DNA of 62,031 nucleotides, filler included, from Sphacelaria rigidula (lineage: Eukaryota): assembly GCA_964200075.2 (NCBI GenBank). It is 9 parts of 9 records of this genome, joined end to end, with 100 filler letters (N's around TTAATTAATTAA, not from the genome) between each part and the next. Parts side by side here need not be neighbours in the genome. Positions count along the whole stretch, not along the records: positions 34,520 to 41,322 come from CAXNAA020017999.1; positions 41,423 to 48,225 come from CAXNAA020018000.1; positions 48,326 to 55,128 come from CAXNAA020018001.1; 6 more parts are not named here. One strand, 5' to 3'. Positions within the stretch are counted from its first letter, which is position 1, and each line of letters opens with the position of its first letter. Shown here one piece after another: positions 39,701 to 53,196 of the stretch. The position numbers were made by a program, and so were the translations under genes. Under the pieces are notes generated by a model. That model was given only the letters and a program-made list of their open reading frames with translations, made no database searches and was not told the origin of the DNA.

Positions 39701-41322
39701 TGGAAAGCCTAGTTGGTAGTCATAGTTTGATTGATTGATTGTCGCACCTTAACTAATCCCACAGGGATCCCGCAGTAGTCACATATGATAGACGCACGTG
39801 TACCCGAATTCGAAAACAACAAACCGGGAACACTCGCTGAAGCAAAGTGAATAAAACAGAGAGGTAGCCTAATAAGAGAAGGGCAAAAGAAGAGGAACAT
39901 GGTCAAACAAAGACAAAGATGAAAGACAAAGACAACGACAAAGACAAAGACAAGACACGAAAAGCTAGAAACGGTCGGCCTCTACAATATGTATACAGTA
40001 TGGTTTCGGTGGGGAAAAAGGTCTTGAGCACAAAGCAGACTCATATCCAATTGAAAAAAACAAAAACCGTAGGAACAGAGTGCGTCTCGTCTCATCTTTT
40101 TTCACCACACACTGTTTCGAGCATGAAGCTCTCTTCATGAACCCCTACGGAAGGGAGTCACCAAACTGCTACCTGCATACACATAATACACCGCGAGAAA
40201 AGAACACGCGTAGTCAGAGATAAGAAATAAGGAGACAACGGAGGAGAACGAGACGACAAAAAAAGTGGTGAAACTCAAATAATGACACGGGAAACATGGG
40301 GCTCTACACATTATGGAGGATCAACTTTAGGAACTCTCGTAAGCGCGAAATATTCTCGAAATAAAGTGCAGATCCACTCTCCGGTTGTGATGTATGGTGT
40401 CGCTCATTCACAAAATAAGGATGCATCCGCAATAATTTGTAAAATCTCGTGTGCACATCGAACAATGTCGGCCTCCGTTTGACCCCGTACCAAAAACTGT
40501 CGTTATTTATCAGGATACCGTCAACACGGGATTTTACACAGTATGTGGATGGATGGTATACTTTTTAGGATTGACGAGGCCATCACACATCGAGGTCGGA
40601 TAATACATTTGCACTTCCCCCCCCCAGAAAAATTGATGTGTATGAGGGCTCCTAATAATAAGGTTCGTCCTCGAAAAACACCCATCCTCAATTTGCACAA
40701 ATTCCTTATTATTAGTATGCGGTCAAGCAGGTACAAGCACACTGTCATATGGAAAGAGGCTGACACCATGGTATCTCCTGGCACTCATACTGATAGACCC
40801 CAGCCACTGCATTAGCTACTTTCCATATGACAATTGGCGTCGATAAACGGACCTTGTTCTGCTTGGTTAGGAAGTCATTGTGTTGCTTGGCGTTGTGTTT
40901 TGCTGCTCAAGCTGTAGTGAGTAACTCGCTTTTATTTTTCCGCCTTTTTGTTCTACTTGTATTTAGTGAGGCTCCCTTGTGCTATTCTGACAGTCACGGA
41001 CGTCAGCTCACTCGGGGCTCGGTTGTACTGTACAATGGTAGTGTACATTGCCCCCGCTTCGCGTATTCGTGATACGTATCTACCCCTCCGTTGGTACTCT
41101 GCTGGTAGCTGCTGAGCCATTTGCTGTAGCTGCCCTTGGTCCTGTTCCCGCTTGTTACATCCGCGTGAGTGCCATAGTGACGCACTTTGTTGGTTTCCCG
41201 ACCACGCGTCGATTTGGCCGGAACTGCGTCCAACTTCCGCCTCGTGCATGTAGTCAACCGTGACTCTGTGCACCTGCATGTAGCCAACCGTAACTCTATC
41301 TCACTACAGTATGTCAACTCTG

Positions 41323-41422
41323 NNNNNNNNNNNNNNNNNNNNNNNNNNNNNNNNNNNNNNNNNNNNTTAATTAATTAANNNNNNNNNNNNNNNNNNNNNN
41401 NNNNNNNNNNNNNNNNNNNNNN
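41323..41422. other. Artificial contig linker
   Basis: N-TTAATTAATTAA-N. Confidence 0.98.
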
Positions 41423-43581
41423 CCCCTTCCTCTCTGTCGGCCCCCATTTTACCGTCTCCGGTGGGGCAGCCCCCCAACCCCCCCCGGTCCCCCCCCCCCC
41501 CCCCCTCATTCTTCTCCTTCGGATGGTATCTGTACGATCTGCGCGTACAGATCCTGGGTTTCGGCAGATAATGGCTCCATGCTCCCCATCTATCTACCCA
41601 GTTATGTGCAGCACTTTCCATGACCACCACGCGATCCCCCATACGTTCCGCGTGACGCCCACATCGTCGTTGCTGCCCCTATATTACTTGGGTTTTGTTT
41701 CCCAGGGAAGCCGTCCCTCCTCCATTGTTCCACACCACGCCACTCTTGTCTTCGTATTCTGCTTGTGTGGTTATACCTGTGTGCATTTCAACGCTGGTTT
41801 GCACAACTTTTCGTTTTCTCCCCTATGCTTCTTGCCCTTTATTACACAGTTTTGTCGGAACCACTTCCCTGGTACTTCCCTCCTTCATACGTCTTTCCTT
41901 TTTCGTTCGGGACACAGCCGCCCTTTCCAGTTGACGAATTGCTGCTATTTCTTGTCACTATTGGAGTTGCGTGCAGCGATGAAACTGGCCCCCTAATGTC
42001 AACTCCTCACGCTGGATTTACAACCTTTCCCTCTTTTCGACTCTGGCAGCTCATTTTTGGTTACTGCCTACGCCGCCTTTTGCTGGGTGTCTCGATTGAC
42101 TACTCGTGATCATCCCATATCCAACTTTGCTACACAGTTAGAAGCTACCCTCCCATTTCTTGCGTCCGTTTTTTGTTTTTATCCTCCATTTCTCTTGAAC
42201 GTCATGGTTTTGACTCCTAGTGGTATTATTCCCCTGTACTGTGGCTGCTGGCACACCCTATCGCACACTCGTGGCTTCAAAAAACACCTCGAAGTCGCGT
42301 ATTAACAGTGTATCCTGGAAAATGAGGTTCATCTCAAAAATGAGGCTGAAGCGACATATCTTTTTTGCAGGGATGACGCGAAACAGTAACACAGAGCGAA
42401 ACAATACTTCCCCCCAAAACTCTGCAGCAGTGAATCAGTTGTGGCTAAATGCACCGAACGAATGCGGTGTACACGCGTGTCGATGACGATATCACCAGAG
42501 AGAGAAGCAACGACAGAGAGGAAGCTCCTCGCCCGTGTCCTTTGTGTGTCCCCGCTCGGCGATTACCAATCGCTCAAGAGACTGGCATCATGCATGTTAC
42601 CAGCACGTACCGAATTCCTCATGTGCCGGTACGCATGTTATTATGTTGGTGTGCACAACCCCCCACAGAAAATGGAGCTGCGTAGAGATTTTGTCCCTCC
42701 TTGTCTCTTGAGCTCACCAATGCGAAGATCGATTTCTCTCTGCCCCTCTCTTTGGACAGGACGCGCCTCTGTGCGCTGAAAAACATGTCGCTGAAAAACA
42801 GGGCAATGTTCCCGTAACCGCTACTACTTTCCTCTGTCACGCACATGCCAGCAAGGACGGTGCGCTGGAGCAAAAATAACAGATCCAGTTCAAACTTGGG
42901 GAGTGTTACTCATGGTTGATTATAAGCAAGATGACATAGGTGACCATCCAGGTGCCCGATGACAAGAACCTGTCACAAGCCAGTTGAGGTGTGTGTGAGA
43001 GAGAGATCAAACACTTGTGGGGACCTTCTTGACATGTGGAGTGAAAACAAAAACCGATGGTGGTGACGTAGCTGTTGCTAGCGTCGTGCAGAGGGGTGCG
43101 TCGATACTGCAATCTGGAGCTTTCGTTGCTCTACTCTACTGACTCCCGTCTATAGAGCGTCTGCAGAGAGGTCACACACACGCTAACAACATGTATGTTA
43201 TTTGCCGGATTTCGGAATAGCTATAGAGACAAAACAGTTCGGTTTTCGAAACTACGTCCACATCATTGAAATGACTCTTGTTGCCTGAGGGAGTGTGACT
43301 TTTCCGTCCCTCCGCCAGGTATGAAAGAACAGCGACAAAGGTTTTGCATGTGCATGTAACACCCACGGGGGCACATAGACTTTCTGCTGCGTGAAAATCC
43401 CGCTTTCCCTACCTGTAAACCGTTTTATGCCCGTTACTTTCTAAAAAAAACGTTAAACTGTCGATTTCTGTTGTGTTCTGTGCTGATTGGCGGATGTCAA
43501 TGCCAGCAAAGTTTGGTAGTGCTGTTCGACAGCACCTTCGAACGTTTGGCCGGATCTAAAGCGGCCACTTTCCCTCAGGTA

Positions 43582-43935
43582 TGTGACGAAAATACGCCGT
43601 ACGTTGAGTTGGTAGTGATGAGATGAATAATGACTAGGGGCACGGAGATTCCGGAGGGTTCTGGATAATAACCGGGGACATGGAGATGGTATCTGAGGTC
43701 TAGACAGCTGGTGCCCTGGAAGGGCACTCCTGAATAGTGAGAATGTTGTACAGACTGACAATTGAAACTGAGGCCAGTGAGACTAGAGAGTCCCTTAACA
43801 GCAGGGACCCAACAGTGCTTGCACTGGCTGGCGTCACAATATCGATATTAGTGCTAGTGCTAGTGTTAGTGGTAGAGACCTGCTGGAAAGGATTTCGGCG
43901 GAGTGAGTCTGGCAGCTGGGGACAACCTGACATCA
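43582..43935 (+). repeat. LTR of the same gypsy family (TGTGACG...CATCA)
   Basis: Aligns end-to-end with 30432-30792. Confidence 0.8.
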
Positions 43936-44684
43936 CGGACGCGTGATGTAAAATCTAGCCACCATTGTTACCTAAGGTTGGAGACAATAATATGTAGGTG
44001 GAGTTGCGGGTCTGATTGCCGGACCCTGTGATGGGTGACCTCCATGACGAGAGAGCCTGGTTTTGCTACTCTGGTGAAGAGAGGCTATGATCCTGTTCTC
44101 CTGTACTATGCTGAGGGTTAATACATCTATAACTAAATCTGCTGAAGTTCATGTGCCCGTGATGGGAGGAGTCCGCATGGCGATCTGATCTTGAGTGACA
44201 GAAGTCTATAATGAACGTTCATTAAGTCCGCTGAGGCCGTAGGTCCACTAAAAAGAAGCTGACACTTCAAGATAGGGAAGTCTGCAGACCTGATCAGTTT
44301 ACAGCAAACACGACCAGCTCAAGGCGTATTAATGTCGCGAGGAGTTGGAGAAATAGAGCCGAGGAGGTTCTGAGGCAGTGCTAGGGCGGGCTGTGGTTTC
44401 GCTCGTGCGTGAGGTGCGGGGGGTTGACCGACAGCTGGCGAGCCCGTGCGCGTTCCAGAAAAAGCGGCGCAATTACTGCCTGGTGGAGCCAGCGAGGGTT
44501 GCGTGTTCCACGCCTGGCCAGGTACGGTCAGAAAGCGGAGTCCAAGGACTTCAAGACGTGGTGTGAACCGCGTGAGGAAGAGGCGTGTGTGGTCGTCGTT
44601 GTAAGGTGGTACAGCGCGTCTCGGTGTAAGGAGAGAGTTGTTGTTCCTGTGAGTGGGAGACGACTTCGTTTTTAAAAAAAGGCG

Positions 44685-47370
44685 GTGTGGAGTGCTGTAC
44701 TGCTGACCGAAATGGATGAGGCGCAGGAATATGTCATCGTCGACGGGCGTGTTGTGTCTGCACTGGCGCTGGAGATGCCGTACTACGGCCGCAAGTTTTC
44801 GAGCGAGAAATCGACCGAGTGGTTACGCAAATACGATAAGTATCTGCGAGAGGTAGATCAGGTGAACGCGTGGTGGACAAATCTCTTTGAGGTGGCAGCA
44901 GTTTTTGACCTCATGCCGAAACATATTGCGAAATGTCTGAGTGACACGTTCTTGAATCATGCTGATGATGTAGAGGACGAGCAGCTGCTTTTCGCTTTGC
45001 GCAAGCTTGCATCGTCGAATGGGGTGCACGGCACTGTGAAGGCCGAGCAGCATGTGTCTGCCCGAGGGGATAGGCACGACAGTGCACCCGCCGAACGTGC
45101 AGCAGGTGGTCCGCGTCTGAAACAACGATACAGGGCAGAGGCTTGCACTGTGAAAGCCGACAGGCATGTGTCTACCCGAGGGGACAGGCACGACAGTGCA
45201 CCCGCCGAACGTGCAGTAGGTGGTCCGCGTCTGAAACAACGATACCGGGCAGAAGCTTGCACTGTGAAACCCGAGAAGCGTGTGTCTGCCCGAGGGGATA
45301 GGCACGATAGTGCACCCGCCGAACGTGCAGTCGGTAGGGCGCGTCCTAAGTAACGATATAGGGCAGATGTTTCCACTGTGCAGAGCGGGAAGGAGACACA
45401 GCACGTGTCTGTCAAAGCGGGTAGGCATGAGAGCGCGCCCGCCGACAGTACGACGGCAAACATTGGTTTGGATGCTGCTGGTATTACTACTGGAGAGGGC
45501 AAATATGTCAAGGAGCTCGAGGCCTACATGGGCCAATGAGCAAGTACTGGTGGGCGGAGGTTCCAGTTGCTTGTTGTCGCCGGACCAGCGCGTAGCTGGA
45601 GATGCTCCTTACATGCTCGAAGCTGAGGGGGGTCTTATTCGCATATTGCGAACGAGAAGGGTGAGCACGGAGATTGCCGTGCTCATGGTGAATCTATCTG
45701 CGCCAGTGACATGGCGGGAGATCGTTCAGATGATTCGCAGGGGTGTCTGCTTGAAGGACAGGTGGGTGCCGGGTTGGCGAAATTGCTGCCGGAGCAGCGC
45801 GTAGCTGTGGACACGCCTTGTATGATCGAAACAACGGGGGCGTGTGACCCGCGTGAAGCTGGTACGCAGAGCGAGCTTCAAGCTCGTGATGCTGTTAGCG
45901 ATCACAATTCTGACGGCGACGACGAGCGTCGCGTGGTGTTGGGGTGGTCGTGTGCACTGCTCTATGCATGGATAGGTTTGGCGTATTTTGGCGGCGTTGA
46001 CTGCGGTGTCTTTGCCGCTGTACGGTCAGGTGCTGGAGGAGGATGGCGTGATATCATCGGGAGGTGTTGCTGTGCGGGACTGCATGGATGTCCCCGTTTT
46101 GTCTCTTGTTTCCTAAGAAAGAGCGACTGAAGAACGAGCGTTCGTGAATGCGCAAGCATCTGTGGGGGCGGAGGATCTGTCGCATTGGTTTGGCGGTTTG
46201 GATATACCGTTTAGTGGGGAGCTGAGCGGCTCCACGAGGGTGGAAGCTGTAGCTGGACTCATGGCGCGAGGAGCGAGTATTCGAATCGAAGCGCTGCTCT
46301 ACGCTATGCACAGGGTTGTGGTTCAAGTGCTGCTGTTTCTCAGGAGCGGACTGGAGGACTACAAAGAAGGCATTACCTGAGGTATTTGCTGTTGTGGTGA
46401 GAGCCGAGTTGGGTGCTGATGTCGAGGAGCAAGTGCTGAGGTGATTGAGTGCTTGTTGAGGATGAGGAAGCACATTATGACTGGCACTCGCGAATCGTTT
46501 TGAGAATGGTTGCAGCTTGTTTTTATGTGGTTTGTGGTCATGTTTGAGCCTGAAACATGGTTGTTGAGCGAGTATGATCGTATCGCGTGTGCAGGGTAAA
46601 ACTCTGGCGTACACGTGGATATTTAGCACGTGTGTGTCGTGCTGATCTGGTTGGCACGGACGATGCATGGTGTTTGCTGCGAGAAAGTTGGCATTGCATG
46701 TGCTGAGTGGAATTTTGGCAGGCATGTGCGAAGGTTTGCTCGAATGGTACTGATATGAATGGTATCTGGTGACAACCTAGGGTGGGGCAGTTTTCAATAT
46801 ACTGCTGTATGCTGAATGGAGTAAGGCTCGTGTAATCTTGTTCGCGCAGTAACACAGTCGAATCATATTTGTTCGGTTTGCACGTACTAACTGCAGGATA
46901 TATGGATTGCTACTGTTAGCGTGAAAATAAGCAAAAACTACGACATGCGTAGGCTCGTACGGCACTCGATACGAGCTGGGGGCCGGTGGTTCTCGAGCCC
47001 TGCCGGTATGCGAGTATGCCCGGCGCTGATGACGTGCTTATTATTGGGAGCAAAACTCTGGCGAAAATCGGCATCAATATCTACAATGATCTGGGCGTAT
47101 GCGTGCAAGCAGAACACCCTTCTTTGCGGGGTATCGCGACGTCTGAGTTCCGCGAGTACAGGCGTGTGAGTCTCGCGGTGGCGGAGCTCCAGGAGACGAC
47201 CGGTCACGAGGAACCGGTGGATTCATCTGCCGAGCGATTGGTGTCACGGGGTCCAAATACGTTTATGCCACGAGAGCAAGAGCTTGTTGAGCGCAAAGTG
47301 GCGCTGGAGGAGGCGATGTAAGCTGCGGCGGATAATGGCATGTCGGAGAACGGGATGAGCAAGCTAGGCG
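44685..47370 (+). mobile_element. Divergent gypsy internal remnant (gag-like and protease/linker fragments)
   Basis: WLRKYDKY..V..V..L.P.H resembles the gag of the other copies; MPGADDVLIIGSKTL...ERLVSRGP..RKVALEE matches MPGSDGVILLGLPTL...ERLVKRGP..RKIALEE. Confidence 0.7.
45032..45445 (+). repeat. 114-bp (38-aa) tandem repeat in the gag-like ORF
   Basis: CACTGTG unit starts at 45032, 45146, 45260 and 45374. Confidence 0.9.
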
Positions 47371-48225
47371 CGAACTGCCAGGGCTGTGCTAATTTTTGAA
47401 GGGATACATACCTGATGACTCGGGGACGCTCACTGCCTTGTGCGCGTCAACTGATGACTGTTCGGTATCGTCCGGGTTAGGAACACACACCCCCAACTCG
47501 AGGAAGCTCAGTATGTTTTCAACAAACTCTCTGGCACTGTGAGCATACTGATATGTACAGGAAAATATTCATCCAATTTTCAAACTGGCGAATATCTCTT
47601 TGTTACAAGTTGCTGGGAACACGCTCTTCAGTTCACGCGTCAGTTTCGAGAGTTGTGCTTTGAACTTTGGTATCGAGTATCCCAAGGGCAGACAAGAAGA
47701 ATACCAAGGACCTTGCTGGTGTCTAATTTTCATGCGAACGTTCTCGTGAAAATTGGGAATTGATTTTGATCCTTGACTCAGTTTCTCAGCTCATTCTTCT
47801 GTAATTGAGATTTGAAGTTGAGTATGGAGGCTTGCGAGGGCAAACTAAAAACAACAAAAGTGGGCCATCATTTTTGTCGCGAGTTGAGGAGCTTCTCGTG
47901 AGCAATTGGACCTTGCTACACTAAAACGTCCTCAGGTCGGATGTTGTGGCAAACAGATTTTTGGCTCACGGATTGTTCCCTCTTGGCACGTTTGATCCAC
48001 TGTTTGACTCCCAAACAGGGAAAATCGCCAACATACATCTCAGACACTTTGCATTACCCCACAGAGTGGAGCCTAGCCTACTTTTCAGATTCGCTAATTC
48101 CAAGGTTTCAAGATTGGCCGCTGAACAATAGTTCGTGTGCAATCATCTATGCTTGCCAACATACGGCAGTTTGCCCAATAATCTGTGGAGATCGCCGTAG
48201 AATTTATTGGACACGGAGCCGGTTG

Positions 48226-48325
48226 NNNNNNNNNNNNNNNNNNNNNNNNNNNNNNNNNNNNNNNNNNNNTTAATTAATTAANNNNNNNNNNNNNNNNNNN
48301 NNNNNNNNNNNNNNNNNNNNNNNNN
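48226..48325. other. Artificial contig linker
   Basis: N-TTAATTAATTAA-N. Confidence 0.98.
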
Positions 48326-49249
48326 ATGTAGTCAGTCCATTACAACATTGAATCCCCTCCTTCAGAAAAAACCGATTGGTGCCTGAGACAGTTTCAGTTC
48401 CGAAATGCCCCCCCCCCAGGCGTAAAAATGCTTTGTGCAGTATCTCACCAACCATACTCGAATGGGGTACTGTACGGTAGCTGCATGCACAGCACGTGTG
48501 CTCAAGCAAAACAAAAAGGGAAAAACGTTCCCTGTTCGGAACGCTAGAACATCCACTCGGAATCTGAAACTACCCTCTGAATCTCACGAATAGGGTCTTC
48601 CGAGCGCATCACGATGAGAAACCCAATTCAGCAATAATATTTTGGCTTTCGCCTCTCATGTGCGCCTGAGGCTTCGCGTAATTCCGATTTTTGCGCCTAA
48701 ATTCTGTGATTTAAAATACGCTTATTTTGGGTTGTGAAAGGCCTAGTGGGCATATCATGCGCATAAATTGCGCATATTGCCTATGCGCCGCCTGCGGCCA
48801 CTGTGCAGATTCCCTTAGACGTGTTCCATGTGTCCATGTGGCACGACAAAACCGCATGTAGACTGGTTTGGATACTGCCATGTTAGATATTTCTTCAATG
48901 AAATTTGTTTGGATCAGGGCCTCCCATCCAGAAACCAACAAAACAAATGCGTGTGAGCACGCCACCGTGGGCAAAGAATGCACCTGATATATTTAACCTT
49001 CATCAATCTATCGGCCCTAACTTCAATCCCTCGATGATTAACATCTGGGCCGAAATGGAAACCCCCAACCCCCCTCCCACTCTGAACGTCCATTACAAAT
49101 GATTGCACACTTCAAAGCAAACGGTAAGTACGTAGCAGACAAGACGAATTAAATGAGTGTATACAGCAGAAACAACCATAAAGAGGACCGACGGAGTATC
49201 GAAGTCCAGCCAGCACGAGTCAACTTTGAGCACGACGGAAAACTCCCAC

Positions 49250-52200
49250 TTCGATCTGTCATCTTCCGATGGTGCCCTGGATGACGACATTTGTTTCTCA
49301 AGATGATGGGCATGATACATTCTGTACGATGTAGACTTGACAGTATAAAAGTAGTACGATCAGTGCCAAGGTGTTGCAGCAGGCAAGATTATTCACGATA
49401 CAGGCCGTGGGTTTTGCGAGCAGTACGACATTACAACTATAGGCTATACTTCGCAAACACGGTACAGCTGTAGTCTGTGTTTGTTATTTTGTACTACTTC
49501 ATGTCCGAGTACAGGCTGTACTCTGCCAGGTTACAGCACTGGTTGTACTCGAGCACAGTAGGTAGCTGTGCTTTGCCAATAGGACACAGTACTGATCGTC
49601 TTCATATGCAGCTGCACATCCATGGCAGTGGATGCAGATGCAAAGGATATGGCTACTGACTACTGCCTGCACCACGGTACTACACGTGAAGGCTTCACTT
49701 TGCTTGCACACATGCGTAACGGGCAGCTGATCAAAAACATGTGGGCTCCCGAGTTAAAAAAACAACGCGGGATCGGTCATGATCAAAGGATACTGGAAAC
49801 AAGGATCCACCTATATAGGTGGGCATAGTTTTTGCGGCACGTGAATGTAGGACCCATGCATAAACAACAATAATACAGGAACGTCCCTGACCGGTTTTGA
49901 GCCCGCAGTCAAGTGCACGCAAAGTCAGTATAGTATGGAACAGTATGTCTTCGACGATCACCTTTCAGTTTCCGTCGTTGCATGCACGCTGTTGATGTCT
50001 CTGCTTCGGGTTTCCCAACAACGCTATAGACAGAGTGAAGCTTTTCTGGCACCGTGAGAAGGGCCAGGTACACCCGAACGACTGCGAGCGGAGTCTTTAC
50101 TTCCAAAAACAAATGGTTGACTTCTTGAGCTCTCCGGCTGTTCGTATAACTTCCCCTGATATCTGGAAACCCGCGAATGTTCCTGGACCGTCAGCCGGTT
50201 AAACTGTCTCGAGGCGGACCACGGTCGCATTACAGTAAACCTGGATACAGTAGTTGATTTCAAGATTCAAACCTGTACCGGTTGTTTTCGCTGGGTACGA
50301 CAACAAGAAACAGTGAGCCGGTATGTGTTGGCCGGCGCTACAGTAAAGCACGGTTACAGTAGGCTGTGGTAGCACACATTTTCGGTCTATTTTGACGTCG
50401 CGCTCGCCTAGTACAGTACCGCCGTATGTTGTGAAATCTACATGATAATATGTTCGCTTTGCTACACGACAGCGGTCGTCACACATCTGCCCCAACTTGG
50501 CGACGAGATATAAGATACTGTACTCACGTGGTTCTCGACACCGATGGGGCATCGGGTTCCTCTTGGCGTTCTCAACGAGGTTCTTCGACACAGCAAACGC
50601 TCTTGTGAAGAAACGATTACACACCAAGCCGTCAGAAACATACATCGACCCCATGTTTACCAGGTTTCTGGTACGGCACGTGCTCTCGTTCTTTTTGGAG
50701 TCAAGCCGCCCGTATGCCCACATGATTCGATGCTCCGCTCCGTGGGTTCAACCGAGGTCGCGAACACGAGGAGGCCCGCCTCTGTAATAGGCATAAACGC
50801 ACTCCCCACACTCGCATTCCTCTGGTAAGTGGGTGTTCGAGAGTAGGCAATGCCAATACGTTTATGACAGCGTGGGCGGGCTGGTCATGTTTGGACAGCA
50901 ACGATGAAGTTGGCGTTGTTCCGCGTTTGGATCAATCTTTCCGAGACCACGACTCAACATGCCCTGACCGTCAGAATGTCGCGACACATATCCTGTGATC
51001 CTTAGTGCAAGTGGCCATGTGCACCCGAAGCGTGATCAGAGAATGGGACACATGTCGACAAATACCGGAATATTTAGGTCTTTTCACCTGCCTGACTGGT
51101 GGGATTGTTTCAGCGGTATAGCACCTGACACGCGGCAAATTGGTCACCATTCTACCGAAAGTGGAGCTCGAAAGAAAGATACCGTTGTACTAGCTGCAAA
51201 GTTAGGTGTGATCGAAAAACATGGCTTATTAGTACTCATGCGAGAGTGATATGACCCAGATACGTGGTCGAATCACGAGTACAGGTGGCTTTGTGGGTAA
51301 CATGTACCGATCGTGACCTTCAACTAACCGCAATATTTGGATGTTCCCGCTGTCCCTCGCTCTACCCCCCCCCACCCCTCCGTTACACAACCCACTGCAC
51401 CGCCGCCTGCAGTCTGCATACCACAACAGTGGAGAAGCAGGCGTTGTTGCTGCCTGCCTGCCTTCGAACAGGTTTACACAATGTCGGCGAGACTCTGTCT
51501 CCCCGCAACACGTACGACAAGCTTTACATGTACGTTGGGATCATAACGTCGGTCCAGGAGACGACGAGGAGTGATGCCGTTACGGGGGAGCAAACAGCAA
51601 AGGAGTTCACGAACGTGAGTAATGGAATGTGAAGGACGGGGTACTACAAATCTGGGTCTGCGTTACACGGGGACGGTAGTGGGCATTGGGTGAAGTTCAA
51701 ATTCGTATTGTATCACATGTGCGCCGCGGGTCATTTATGTTACATCTCGGCACCGAGTCAAGTCCGCTTGTATTGTTGTAAAGCAGTTGCCTGAGGGTTT
51801 ACGACGCGTGTACTACATCTCCCACACGCTCATAAGCCGAGAAACAACCCAGTGTGCAGCGAACAGGACAGACCTCGACCATGTATGTAATGCAGCACGC
51901 ACGACGGTCGCAGTGAAGTTGCCGCTCTGGAGCGGGGGGGCGGCGATTCGATGTGGGAGCCGGTACCGATATTCTGTTCAGTCGGGAGAAGTTGTGTACG
52001 GTACCATGGATCATTTTGAACTTCCACGGACGCTGAAATGGCCGACTCGATTCCAACGCATCTGCTATATGTTTTTCTCCACGGCCCGTTGGTGTTCCCC
52101 CGTCACCGAAAACAGCTGGGTTTGAATTCTCTGTCGCTAGTGACGATGTGGCACTGGTGAAAGGCCTGCTTCGCCACTACACCGGAATCAACGAAAGCAA

Positions 52201-53196
52201 TTGCTTGGGCGTTCCAGACGTCGGACCCCGATATCGAAATGTATTTCGCTGACGTACCTGAAGAGCAAGGCTTACGGCGATCTACACGCCGAACCCGCAG
52301 CGCAATCGATCGCCGTCAATATGCTCGTAAGGTACGCACCGCCGGTACATCCCGTCGCTTGTTGTGATAATCTCGAGTTATCTTTCATTAACTCGCCGCA
52401 CCGAAGGATGACGAGAGTGTGTCATGTGGTATGTGTCCTGTTTGATGGACCGTCAGGATCAATTATCCAGGGTATAGCTACACATGCCCCCCCCCCCCTC
52501 CGCTCGAAGCAGTCTATTTTCAAAATTGGAGATAGTATTTTTGGCAGAGGACGAACCTCGGGAACCTTCATGCACATCGAAAAGGTTTCGAAATTGAAAT
52601 ACAAAAGCATTCTCCGGCTGTGATGTGCGACCTCACTCATCGTAGTGTTCTGTACCAGAATCACTGGAGGACGATATCGTTCTGTGTAAACACCGGAGGT
52701 CACGAATTGCAGATGGCTGTTTTCGAAGATGAGCGAGGCCACATTTCACAGGCGGAGAGTGCAGATGTGTCTTTATTTCGAATGTATCGCGATGCTTACG
52801 AAAGATCTCAAGGACGGTACCCAAACAACATTCATCCTCGATTTTCGACCGTGCCACGATAGACATTCGAGGGGGAACAAGATGACACCCACACCGGAAG
52901 ATTGCGATCGGATCACCGAAAACGCCCGCATCGAGCACAACCTGGTGGAGAGGATCGAGAGCGTGGTGCCTCGTCTTGCTTGGTCGGACAGGTTTGAGGA
53001 GTGAGTGCCGTTAATCTATAGCCCGGCCGCCGCCCGAGCTAAGGTGCTCCGTCCATATCGAGACCACGTAAGAGTGCGCCACCGTGTGCGTAAATATCAC
53101 TGCACACTAGTTGACCTGTCACAGAGTGTGGTGCGACGTGTGGTGCGACTTTTGATGTTTTCGATTCCGATTTCTGTGAACAGCGGCGTGCACAAA
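49250..53196 (+). pseudogene. Highly divergent RNA polymerase second-largest (Rpb2/beta-like) subunit region; 5' start uncertain
   Basis: Ordered motifs against yeast Rpb2: LPIGHS (49573) ~LPIMLRS; RSFHLPDW........PD....G (51076) ~RQLHNTHW........PE....G; DHFELPR (52009) ~DHNQSPR; YTGINESNC (52178) ~YSGYNQEDS; IGDSIFGRGRTSGT (52525) ~IGDKFASRHGQKGT; FRMYRDAYERSQGR (52776) ~QRLRHMVDDKIHAR; LDFRP...R...G ~LTRQP...R...G; LVERI..SDRF ~LKERL..SDAF. Many stops and frameshifts. Confidence 0.75.

Noticed and set aside
51498-51515. SPRNTY exact match to Rpb2 HNQSPRNTY
   Set aside because: Spacing to YTGINESN favours DHFELPR at 52009 as the homologous site; treated as coincidence pending a profile alignment.
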